This document shows, piece by piece, positions 18,270 through 26,358 of a DNA stretch of 64,000 bases (the first letter of the stretch is position 1; every line of letters begins with the position of its first letter). This stretch comes from Minisyncoccia bacterium (GTDB lineage: Bacteria > Patescibacteriota > Minisyncoccia > Phycocordibacterales > PALSA-1337), in the NCBI GenBank assembly GCA_049997795.1, contig JBEKVT010000002.1, positions 65,664 to 129,663 of the forward strand, given 5' to 3'. The notes beneath the pieces were generated by a model. It saw only the letters and a list, made by a program, of their open reading frames with translations, made no database searches and was not told the DNA's origin. A program made the position numbers and the translations under genes.

Positions 18270-19550
18270 ATGACATACGCCGATATCGTCCGGCTCCTCG
18301 TTGGGAGCTTCCGATCTTCGCTCTGGCCGTCTACCCTGAATCATCTTATCTACGTCTCGCCGATCGTCCTGGCTATATGCCTGGGCGCGATCTTCTGGCA
18401 CGTCTGGGTCCGTTATGTCCGGCTCAAGCGATTCCTCGGCTCGAAATACACGGTGCTGGAGCTTCGGCTGCCGAAAGACACCTACAAGTCGCCGCTCGCC
18501 ATGGAGACCGTCCTGCACGCTATCCACAGCACTTCCGACGGCACCGCATACGACCAATACTGGAAGGGCAAGGTGAGAACTTGGTATTCGCTGGAGATCG
18601 TGTCCTTCGAGGGCCAGGTTAAATTCATGATATGGACCGAGGACGGCCGCAAGGCCAATCTGATGTCGGCCTTGTACGCGCAATATCCTGGCGTGGAGAT
18701 ATACGAACGGGATGATTACGCCAAGGCGGTCCAATTCGATCCAGAGAAGATAAAGATCTGGGCCGCTGAGTTCGAATTCACTAAGCCAGACCCGTATCCC
18801 ATCAAGACGTACGTGGATTTCGGCCTCGGCGACGATCCCAAGGAGGAATTTAAGGTGGATCCGCTGACGCACATAATCGAATGGATGGGGAGCCTAGGCC
18901 CGAACGAGGAAGTCTGGTTCCAATTCATCATCCGGGCCCACAAGAAGGACGCCCGGAAGCCCGGCCACATCTTCAAGAAGACCGACCGCTGGAAAGACCA
19001 GGCGGAGGAGGAAGTGAACACGATCTTGATGCGCAAAAAGGGCACCAAGACGGCCGCAGGAGAGCCGGATCCTGATACCGGCTATACCAAGATGCCCATC
19101 ATATCCAAGGGCGAGCAGGAGATCGTGGCGGCCCTGGAACGTAGCGTGACCAAGCTCCCGTTCGACGTCTGCGTGCGCACCTTGTACATCGCCGAAAAGG
19201 AAGCTTTTGACACGGCTTTCGGCGCCGGCGGGTGCATCTCCTGCATGAAGCAATTCAATACCGAGCACCTGAACGGCTTCAGGCCGAACGGCAAGATATA
19301 CCACAACAGGCTATCCGGCGTGCCGTGGGAAGACTACAAAGGCCTCCGGGAGAACCGCTTCAGCCGGCAGGCGCTCATGGCTTACCGCCGGCGTTCGGCT
19401 TTCTATCCGCCGTACAAGACGAGAACCTTGGTCTTGAATACCGAGGAGCTCGCGACTATATACCACCTGCCCGGCTCCGTGTCCGCCACACCGGGCCTCG
19501 AGCGCGTGCCTTCGAAGAAGGCCCAGGCACCGACCAATCTGCCGGTGTAA
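18270..19550 (+). CDS. Hypothetical protein with an N-terminal TM helix (426 aa), conserved-looking but unassignable
   Basis: TTGTTATAAT lies 6 nt upstream of the ATG (leaderless). One TM helix (IYVSPIVLAICLGAIFWHVWV). No recognisable catalytic motif. Confidence 0.55.
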   Translation: MTYADIVRLLVGSFRSSLWPSTLNHLIYVSPIVLAICLGAIFWHVWVRYVRLKRFLGSKYTVLELRLPKDTYKSPLAMETVLHAIHSTSDGTAYDQYWKGKVRTWYSLEIVSFEGQVKFMIWTEDGRKANLMSALYAQYPGVEIYERDDYAKAVQFDPEKIKIWAAEFEFTKPDPYPIKTYVDFGLGDDPKEEFKVDPLTHIIEWMGSLGPNEEVWFQFIIRAHKKDARKPGHIFKKTDRWKDQAEEEVNTILMRKKGTKTAAGEPDPDTGYTKMPIISKGEQEIVAALERSVTKLPFDVCVRTLYIAEKEAFDTAFGAGGCISCMKQFNTEHLNGFRPNGKIYHNRLSGVPWEDYKGLRENRFSRQALMAYRRRSAFYPPYKTRTLVLNTEELATIYHLPGSVSATPGLERVPSKKAQAPTNLPV

Positions 19551-19551
19551 C

Positions 19552-20562
19552 ATGGAACAGCATTTCATCGATCCGTCGCGCCCGATCGCCGCGCCATCTT
19601 CGGGCTTTTCCCGCACGGCCTGGGCCGTCTGCCTCGTCGTCGCGTTCGCCGCCGTCTCGGGCGGCATCATCGTCCTGGATTCGGCCGCTCCGGCCGATTT
19701 TCCGAGCGGCACGGTCGTATCCATAGAGAACGGCCTCACCCTCGACCAGACCGCCGGCCTCTTAGCGGCCAAGGGGATCATCCGTTCCGCCTTCCTGTAC
19801 AAGGTCTATTCGGTCTTCCTCGAGGGGGGCACCACCGGCGTCAAGACCGGCGATTATCTCTTCGACGCTCCCCAGTCCGCTCTACGCGTGGCATATCGGA
19901 CGGCGCGTGGTCTTGAAGGGTTTCCGACGGTGAAAGTGACCATACCGGAGGGCAGCGATTCGACGGACATGGCTGGGGTGATATCCAAAGCCATCCCCGG
20001 TTTCGACGCCGCCGGCTGGAAGAAGCTGGCCGCGCCCGAAGAAGGATACCTCTTTCCGGATACGTACCTTTGGGCCGTCAATATCAAACCTGACCAGGCC
20101 GTCGCCGACATGAGGGGGGTCTTCGACACCAAAATCCGATCTATCGGCAATGACCTGTCCGCCTTCGGCAAGCCATTGAAAGACGTCGTGGCCATGGCCT
20201 CGATCATCGAAAAAGAAGCGACTTCGAGCGCCGACCGGCGCATCGTCGCCGGCATCCTCTGGAAGCGCCTCTCGATCGGCATGGCTCTACAGGTCGACCC
20301 GCCGTTCTATTATTTCCTGGATAAGCGTCCGGACCAGTTGACGCTCGACGATCTGAAGATCGAATCGCCTTATAATCTCTATCTGCATACGGGGTTGCCG
20401 CCGACGCCGATAGACAGCCCGGGCCTGGATGCCATCATCGATACTATCCATTCTTCTACGACGACCCCATACTGGTTCTATCTCTCCGGTAAAGACGGCT
20501 CTATGCATTACGCCACTGATCTGGACGGACACAACGCCAATAAAGCAAAATATCTGAATTGA
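19552..20562 (+). CDS. mltG: Endolytic murein transglycosylase MltG (YceG-like)
   Basis: N-terminal TM anchor, then the YceG-like signature (IIEKEA...RIVAGILWKRL...LQVDPPFYY). Confidence 0.8.
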   Translation: MEQHFIDPSRPIAAPSSGFSRTAWAVCLVVAFAAVSGGIIVLDSAAPADFPSGTVVSIENGLTLDQTAGLLAAKGIIRSAFLYKVYSVFLEGGTTGVKTGDYLFDAPQSALRVAYRTARGLEGFPTVKVTIPEGSDSTDMAGVISKAIPGFDAAGWKKLAAPEEGYLFPDTYLWAVNIKPDQAVADMRGVFDTKIRSIGNDLSAFGKPLKDVVAMASIIEKEATSSADRRIVAGILWKRLSIGMALQVDPPFYYFLDKRPDQLTLDDLKIESPYNLYLHTGLPPTPIDSPGLDAIIDTIHSSTTTPYWFYLSGKDGSMHYATDLDGHNANKAKYLN

Positions 20563-21635
20563 GAGCTTCCCCGGGAAAAACCAATAAAAACGTATTCGTC
20601 GGCATGTCCGGCGGAGTGGATTCATCCGTCTCGGCGGCCCTGCTCAAAAAGGCCGGCAACGATGTTACCGGCGTCTTCATGAAGGTCTGGCAGCCGGATT
20701 GGCTCGAGTGCGATTGGAAAGAAGAACGGCTGGACGCCATGCGCGCGGCGGCTCACATCGGCATCCCGTTCGTGACGCTCGACCTCCAAAAAGAATACAA
20801 GGAAGGCGTCATCGATTACATGATCTCAGAATACAAGGCCGGCCGGACGCCGAATCCTGACGTCGCGTGCAACAGGGAAGTGAAGTTCGGCGCTTTCTGG
20901 AAGTGGGCCAAAGGACAAGGCGCCGATCTTATCGCCACAGGGCATTATGCCAGGAATAAGGATGATCGCCTGTTCGTCTCAAAAGACACGAACAAGGACC
21001 AGACTTATTTTCTCTGGACGCTGACTAAGGATGATCTGAAACATATCCTATTCCCGATCGGCGGCATGACCAAGCCGGAGGTGCGTAAGCTCGCCAAAGA
21101 TCTCAAATTGCCTAACGCCGACAAGAAAGACAGCCAGGGCCTCTGCTTCATCGGTAAGGTCGATCTGAAGGGATTCCTAAGACATTACATCAGGGCCGAA
21201 CCGGGCGAAGTATTGAGTGAAAACGGAGAGGTCATCGGCAAGCATCCCGGCGCTTTGCTGTTCACGATAGGCGAGCGCCGCGGCTTCACCATCACCAAGA
21301 AGACGCCGGCCGACGCGCCGTATTTTGTAATCGGAAAAGATGTCGAGCACAACATCATCACGGTCTCGAATAAGAGCGCGGACAATTCATTATCCGGCGC
21401 AAAGAAGGTCGTTGAGATTTCCAGGATTAATTGGATATCGGGCGCGCCGGAGCCTGGCAGGCCGCTTAAGGCCAGGAGCCGCTATCGCGAGACTCTTCAG
21501 GGCGCAAAAGCCTCTTCGACGAGCGGCGATAAGGCTACGATAGAATTCGACGAGCCGCAGAGCACTTTGACGCCCGGCCAGTCGCTGGTCATATACGACG
21601 GCGGCGAATGCCTGGGCGGCGGAATCATTGTATAA
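20559..21635 (+). CDS. mnmA: tRNA-specific 2-thiouridylase MnmA
   Basis: PP-loop VFVGMSGGVDSSVSAALL plus a conserved Cys pair. The start overlaps the mltG stop (ATGA). Confidence 0.9.
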   Translation: MRASPGKTNKNVFVGMSGGVDSSVSAALLKKAGNDVTGVFMKVWQPDWLECDWKEERLDAMRAAAHIGIPFVTLDLQKEYKEGVIDYMISEYKAGRTPNPDVACNREVKFGAFWKWAKGQGADLIATGHYARNKDDRLFVSKDTNKDQTYFLWTLTKDDLKHILFPIGGMTKPEVRKLAKDLKLPNADKKDSQGLCFIGKVDLKGFLRHYIRAEPGEVLSENGEVIGKHPGALLFTIGERRGFTITKKTPADAPYFVIGKDVEHNIITVSNKSADNSLSGAKKVVEISRINWISGAPEPGRPLKARSRYRETLQGAKASSTSGDKATIEFDEPQSTLTPGQSLVIYDGGECLGGGIIV

Positions 21636-21643
21636 TCCTTCGC

Positions 21644-22495
21644 ATGGACCGCCCCATCTCCGTCACCAAGTCCGACGGCACCAAACAGCTCTTCGACGAG
21701 GAGAAGCTCGTCAATTCTCTGAGGCGCGTCGGGGCTTCGGCCGGAGCCATCGATGAGATCACGGATGAGATAGAGAAGGAGATGTGGGACGGCATGCCGA
21801 CCACCGACATCTACAGCCGAGCCTTCAACCTCCTCAAGAAGCACCATCATCCGACGGCGGTCAAATATTCGGTCCGCCGGGCCCTGTTCGAGCTCGGGCC
21901 GGACGGCTTCCCGTTCGAGAAGTTCGTGGCGCGCATCTTCAGGCTCTGGGGCTACGAGGCGGTGACCGATCAGACGCTCACGGGCACGTGCGTCGAGCAT
22001 GAGGTCGACGTGGTGGCCTGGAAAGGGGACGAGCTTGCCATGGCCGAAGCCAAGTTCCACAATGTTTTCGGCCTGAAATCCGATCTGAAAGTGGCCCTCT
22101 ACGTCAAGGCCAGGTTCGACGATCTCACCGAGACGATCTTCGATTTCGGCGGCCGGGAGCGCAAACTCTCGCCAACCGGGCATTATCTTGTGACCAATAC
22201 CAAGTTCACCGACTCGGCCGTGAAGTACGGCGAATGCAAGGATTTGAAGATGATCGGCTGGAACTATCCGGCGAAAGGCAGCCTACACAAGATCATCGAG
22301 GAGAACGGCTTGCATCCCGTCACCTGCCTGACCTCGCTCTCGCATCAGGAGAAAAGGGACGTCATCGGCCGCGGCGTCCTGACTTGCGTCGATCTCATAG
22401 GGACCCCCGCCGTTCTGAAAGACGCTGGCGTGAAGGGCGAAGCGGCTGAAAAAGTCCTGACCGAAGCCGAGCTTATCGTCGAACAGGCGAAGTAA
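21644..22495 (+). CDS. ATP-cone domain fused to an Mrr-like PD-(D/E)xK restriction-endonuclease-fold domain
   Basis: ATP-cone: ISVTKSDGTKQLFDEEKLVNSLRRVGAS. Nuclease core: FEKFVARIFRLWGYEAV...CVEHEVDVVAWKGDELAMAEAKF (D...EAK). TGTATAAT lies 7 nt upstream of the ATG at 21644 (leaderless); the ORF track starts at 21608. Confidence 0.6.
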   Translation: MDRPISVTKSDGTKQLFDEEKLVNSLRRVGASAGAIDEITDEIEKEMWDGMPTTDIYSRAFNLLKKHHHPTAVKYSVRRALFELGPDGFPFEKFVARIFRLWGYEAVTDQTLTGTCVEHEVDVVAWKGDELAMAEAKFHNVFGLKSDLKVALYVKARFDDLTETIFDFGGRERKLSPTGHYLVTNTKFTDSAVKYGECKDLKMIGWNYPAKGSLHKIIEENGLHPVTCLTSLSHQEKRDVIGRGVLTCVDLIGTPAVLKDAGVKGEAAEKVLTEAELIVEQAK

Positions 22496-22502
22496 TCCCA
22501 TC

Positions 22503-23096
22503 ATGGCCAAATACGACGAGATGAAGAAGATCCGCGACGAGCTTCTCAACTTCAAGGATTCGCCGCTTTACGAGTACCGCACGGGGAGCGGGTTCTTCCC
22601 GGTCATCGGCGAAGGCAGCCACGACGCCAAGATCATGTTCGTCGGCGAAGCCCCCGGCCTGAACGAGGCCAGGACGGGCCGGCCTTTCTGCGGAGCGGCG
22701 GGCAAGCTCCTGGACGAGCTCATCGCCGGCATCGGCCTGAAGCGGGGAGAGGTCTACATCACCAACGTCGTCAAGGATCGGCCGCCGGAGAACCGCGATC
22801 CGACGCCGGAAGAGATAGAGCTGTACGCCCCGTTCCTGGACCGGCAGATCGAGATTATCCAGCCGAGGGTCGTCGCCACCCTGGGGCGTTATTCGATGAA
22901 TTACGTCATGAGGAAGTTCGGCCTCGACTTCGAGCTCGAGCCGATCGGCAAGATCCACGGTAAGTCGTTCGATGCCACGGCTTCATATGGCCCGCTATCG
23001 ATAGTCACCCTGTACCATCCGGCTGCCGCGCTATACAACGGCTCCATGCGCGAGATCATGAAGAACGATTTCGAGATTTTGAAGAAGTTCGAGTGA
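22503..23096 (+). CDS. udg: Uracil-DNA glycosylase, family 4
   Basis: The GEAPG.NE...G.PFCGAAGKLLD motif of UDG family 4. It lies 8 nt after the preceding gene. Confidence 0.85.
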   Translation: MAKYDEMKKIRDELLNFKDSPLYEYRTGSGFFPVIGEGSHDAKIMFVGEAPGLNEARTGRPFCGAAGKLLDELIAGIGLKRGEVYITNVVKDRPPENRDPTPEEIELYAPFLDRQIEIIQPRVVATLGRYSMNYVMRKFGLDFELEPIGKIHGKSFDATASYGPLSIVTLYHPAAALYNGSMREIMKNDFEILKKFE

Positions 23097-23101
23097 GACG
23101 C

Positions 23102-23333
23102 TTGACAGAATTACATTATATATGCTACACTTTAAGCAAGCTTAAATGTGGGGAAGGTAACTAATAAGGTTGCCAGGTGGGAAGGTAAACCCACTGTCCA
23201 TAAAAAAGCGAAAGGGGGGTCCTAAAGGCTTTCCCCATAGAATTCCCCCCGGCAGGCGCGTCTGTCGGGGTTTTCTTTTAAAAAATCGGATTAAATCGTG
23301 GCTGAATGATTGATTATCTGCTATATTTCTCGC
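23102..23333 (+). promoter_or_regulatory. Promoter plus a structured ~190-nt leader with an intrinsic terminator/anti-terminator pair upstream of alaS (candidate attenuator/riboswitch or small RNA)
   Basis: TTGACA (23102-23107), an 18-nt spacer and TACACT. There are direct repeats GTGGGGAAGGTAAC / GGTGGGAAGGTAAAC. A G6 run (about 23213-23218) is complementary to the 5' half of the terminator stem CCCCGGCAG-gcgcgt-CTGTCGGGG, which is followed by TTTTCTTTT (about 23245-23280). Confidence 0.5.
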
Positions 23334-25139
23334 ATGAATTCAGCTGAGATCCGCAGGCGATTCCTGGCCTTCTTCGAAAAGCGCGGCCATGCGGTCATCC
23401 CGTCGGCCTCATTGGTAACTTCCGACGAGAAGGGGGTAACGAACCCGACTCTTTTCAACACGGCCGGCATGCAGCCCTTGATCCCGTTCCTTTTGGGCAA
23501 ACCGCATCCCCTTGGTAATCGCCTTGTCGACATCCAGAAATGCTTGCGTACCGTCGATCTCGACGACGTCGGCGACGCCATCCACGCCACGTTCTTCGAG
23601 ATGCTCGGCAACTGGTCGCTCGGCGATTATTTCAAGAAAGAAGCCATAAATTGGAGCTATGAATTCTTGACCGACAAGAATGAGGGCCTGGGTCTCGATC
23701 CGAAGCGGCTTTACATAACCGTCTTCGAGGGCGACGCCAATGCGCCCAAGGACGACGAGGCCGCGGACATCTGGCGCGAGGTCTTCAAGAAGAACGGGGT
23801 GGATGCCGACGGCCGGATCTTCTTCATGGGAGCGGACAAGAATTGGTGGGAGGCCGGCGAGAACGGCCCATGCGGACCGGACACGGAGATGTACTACGAC
23901 ATCAAAGGCAAGCATGGCGGCAATGGCATCACCAAAGAACAATTCCTCGCCGGCGACGAAGCTCGCGAAATCGTCGAGGTCTGGAACGACGTCTTCATGC
24001 AGTACGAGAAGAAAGACGACAAAGTCGTCGGCAAGCTGGCCAAGCCGTCCGTCGACACCGGCGCCGGCTTGGAGCGCATGGCCATGACTATGCAGAACGT
24101 GGACAGCATCTATGACATCGATTCGTTGAGGCTGGTGATGGAGAGAATCAAAGAATTTTCCAAGAATTGGGATCTGAGATCCGCTAGGATCATGGTAGAT
24201 CACACGCGAGCATCGATTTTTCTAATAGCCGACGGGATAACTCCATCAAATGTTGATAGAGGGTATGTATTGCGCAAACTTATTCGGAGGGCAGTTCGAT
24301 ATTCGGACAAACTCGGCATCGAGTGGATAGAACAGGCGGGAGAAAAAGATTTAATCAAACCGATCGTAAGCGCATATAAAGATATATATCCGGAGATGCG
24401 GAATGAGGCCAACATACGTTCAGTTCTCCTTAAAGAAGAGACCAGATTTCGAGAGACCATCAAACTTGGCCTGAAAGAATTCGAAAAAGGCGTCGACGCT
24501 TTCACTCTCTTCTCGAGCTACGGCTTCCCGCTGGAGCTGACGCTCGAGCTCGCAAAAGAAAAGGGGGTAAAAGTGGACATCGAAGATTTCGAGAAAAAAT
24601 TTAAGGCTCACCAGGAGCTCTCCCGCGCCGGCGCCGAGCAGAGATTCAAGGGCGGTTTGGCGGACGCGAGCGACGAAATGGTGGTCAGGTACCACACGGC
24701 CACGCACCTTTTGCATCAGGCTCTGCACGACGTCCTGGGCGAGAGCGTCGGCCAGAAAGGCTCGAATATAACGCCGGAAAGGCTGCGGTTCGACTTCTCG
24801 CACGGCACCAAGATGACGGACGAGGAGAAAAAGCGGGTCGAAGACATCGTCAATGGGAAGATCGCCGCGGCGATACCGGTCAACCAAGCCATAATGCCGC
24901 GCGCAGAGGCGGAAAAAACAGGGGCAAGGCATTTCTTCGGGGAGAAATACGGCGACCAGATATCCATCTATTTCATCGGTGACGACCTTCGGTCCGCGTA
25001 TTCGAAAGAATTCTGCGGCGGACCGCACGTCAAGAACACGCGGGAATTGGCCGGCCCGGAAGGGAAGTGGCGGTTCAAGATCCAAAAAGAAGAGGCGGTG
25101 GCCCAGGGCGTCCGGAGGATAAGGGCGGTCTTAGGATGA
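23334..25139 (+). CDS. alaS: Alanyl-tRNA synthetase, short form (about 601 aa) with a catalytic core and an AlaX-like editing domain but no C-Ala domain
   Basis: N-terminal SAEIRRRFLAFFEKRGH and class II motifs. Editing-domain signatures HTATHLLHQALHDVLG and CGGPH near the C-terminus. The ORF ends right after the editing domain. Confidence 0.85.
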   Translation: MNSAEIRRRFLAFFEKRGHAVIPSASLVTSDEKGVTNPTLFNTAGMQPLIPFLLGKPHPLGNRLVDIQKCLRTVDLDDVGDAIHATFFEMLGNWSLGDYFKKEAINWSYEFLTDKNEGLGLDPKRLYITVFEGDANAPKDDEAADIWREVFKKNGVDADGRIFFMGADKNWWEAGENGPCGPDTEMYYDIKGKHGGNGITKEQFLAGDEAREIVEVWNDVFMQYEKKDDKVVGKLAKPSVDTGAGLERMAMTMQNVDSIYDIDSLRLVMERIKEFSKNWDLRSARIMVDHTRASIFLIADGITPSNVDRGYVLRKLIRRAVRYSDKLGIEWIEQAGEKDLIKPIVSAYKDIYPEMRNEANIRSVLLKEETRFRETIKLGLKEFEKGVDAFTLFSSYGFPLELTLELAKEKGVKVDIEDFEKKFKAHQELSRAGAEQRFKGGLADASDEMVVRYHTATHLLHQALHDVLGESVGQKGSNITPERLRFDFSHGTKMTDEEKKRVEDIVNGKIAAAIPVNQAIMPRAEAEKTGARHFFGEKYGDQISIYFIGDDLRSAYSKEFCGGPHVKNTRELAGPEGKWRFKIQKEEAVAQGVRRIRAVLG

Positions 25140-25160
25140 GGCCTGTGCTATAATTCGGTC

Positions 25161-26324
25161 ATGCTCTTCTCTCATAAAAAGGAGGGAAAGATCGTTCTGA
25201 TGCTCGAGATCCAGAGCTCGCTTACGCGCGGCTCGCTCGTCTGGTTCCGTTCCGGAAGGCCTCCCATGGTCCTTTCGACCGACAGCCGCGCCGTCCCGTA
25301 CAAATCGGACGTCGACACCTCTTATTTCATCAAGACGACCATGCAGGTCCTCGCCGAGACGATCGACGATGCCCTCCGGCGCCTTGCCAGCCTCAAGACG
25401 GAAGAGAACAGGAGGATGGGGATGCCACGGGCCGTCAAAGAGGCTCATTACGTCCTTTCTTCGCCCTGGATAGCTTCCCAAGCCAGGTCTCTCTCCTTGT
25501 CGTTCCACAAGGATACCGCCATAACCGGAGACAAGGTGGCTGGGATCCTGGACGCCGAGAGGGCCGCCCTAGCGCCGGAAGGCAGCGCCATCCTGGAAGC
25601 CATAGAGGAAAAGATATTCGACGTGCGCCTGAACGGCTATTCGGTCTCGGCCTGGCGCGGCAAACAGGCCCGCGAGCTCGGGATCTCATACGCCGTCTCC
25701 GTCTGCGGCGCCGACACGACCAGGCGCCTCCGGAGGGCCTGCGAACGGGCCGTGAAGCCGGCCGACGTGCATTTCCATTCGTCGCTCCTCCTGCAATACG
25801 TCGGCTTGTGCAAGGCCATGCCGGCACGCGACTCTTATATCTTGATCCACGTCCACGGCGAGCTGACCGACGCAGTGGTTGTGAAAGACGGCTCTTGCGT
25901 CTTCTTCGGCTCTTATCCGATGGGGACCAACACGGTCGTGAGGAAAATCGCTAAGGCAGCCAAGACGGACGTGGAGATAGCCGATTCGCTCCTTACGCTC
26001 TATTTGAGCGACAAGTTTGACAGAGAGCACGGAAAGCAAGCCGAGAAGATCATGGAAGAGATGTCCGCCGGCTGGAGCGGGGAATTCAAGAAGCTCTTCA
26101 AAGACAGCCCCCTCGCGGAGTCCATGCCGACGGAGGCGATCATGGCCGCCCGCGCCCACGAGGATTTCTTCCTGAGAAGCTTCAGCGCCGCGTATCCGGG
26201 GATCCGCTTGCAGACCCTGTCGATCGAAGACATCTCGCCGCTCATCGAATTCGACGCCCCGGCCGAGCTGAAACGCGTCGTCGGCCTTTACGCCCTGGCT
26301 ATTAACAGCCTGAAAAAGGACTGA
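25161..26324 (+). CDS. Actin-fold ATPase-like protein (PilM/FtsA-like), hypothetical
   Basis: TGCTATAAT lies 6 nt upstream of the ATG. IVLMLEIQSSLTRGSLV resembles the phosphate-1 region of PilM/FtsA. A second glycine-rich segment is HVHGELTDAVVVKDG...GTNTV. Confidence 0.35.
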   Translation: MLFSHKKEGKIVLMLEIQSSLTRGSLVWFRSGRPPMVLSTDSRAVPYKSDVDTSYFIKTTMQVLAETIDDALRRLASLKTEENRRMGMPRAVKEAHYVLSSPWIASQARSLSLSFHKDTAITGDKVAGILDAERAALAPEGSAILEAIEEKIFDVRLNGYSVSAWRGKQARELGISYAVSVCGADTTRRLRRACERAVKPADVHFHSSLLLQYVGLCKAMPARDSYILIHVHGELTDAVVVKDGSCVFFGSYPMGTNTVVRKIAKAAKTDVEIADSLLTLYLSDKFDREHGKQAEKIMEEMSAGWSGEFKKLFKDSPLAESMPTEAIMAARAHEDFFLRSFSAAYPGIRLQTLSIEDISPLIEFDAPAELKRVVGLYALAINSLKKD

Positions 26325-26358
26325 TGACCGGGGCGTTATGTGATATCATGTAAGGAAC

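Noticed and set aside
23148-23200. SRP (4.5S) RNA because of the CCAGGTGGGAAGG similarity to helix 8
   Set aside because: It lacks the conserved AAGCAGC/GNAR partner strand and the expected symmetric loops. The location in a gene leader also argues against it.
23140-23260. Canonical T-box riboswitch upstream of alaS
   Set aside because: No AATTAGGGTGGNACCGCG T-box sequence and no recognisable specifier-loop context. I kept it only as a generic attenuator or sRNA candidate.
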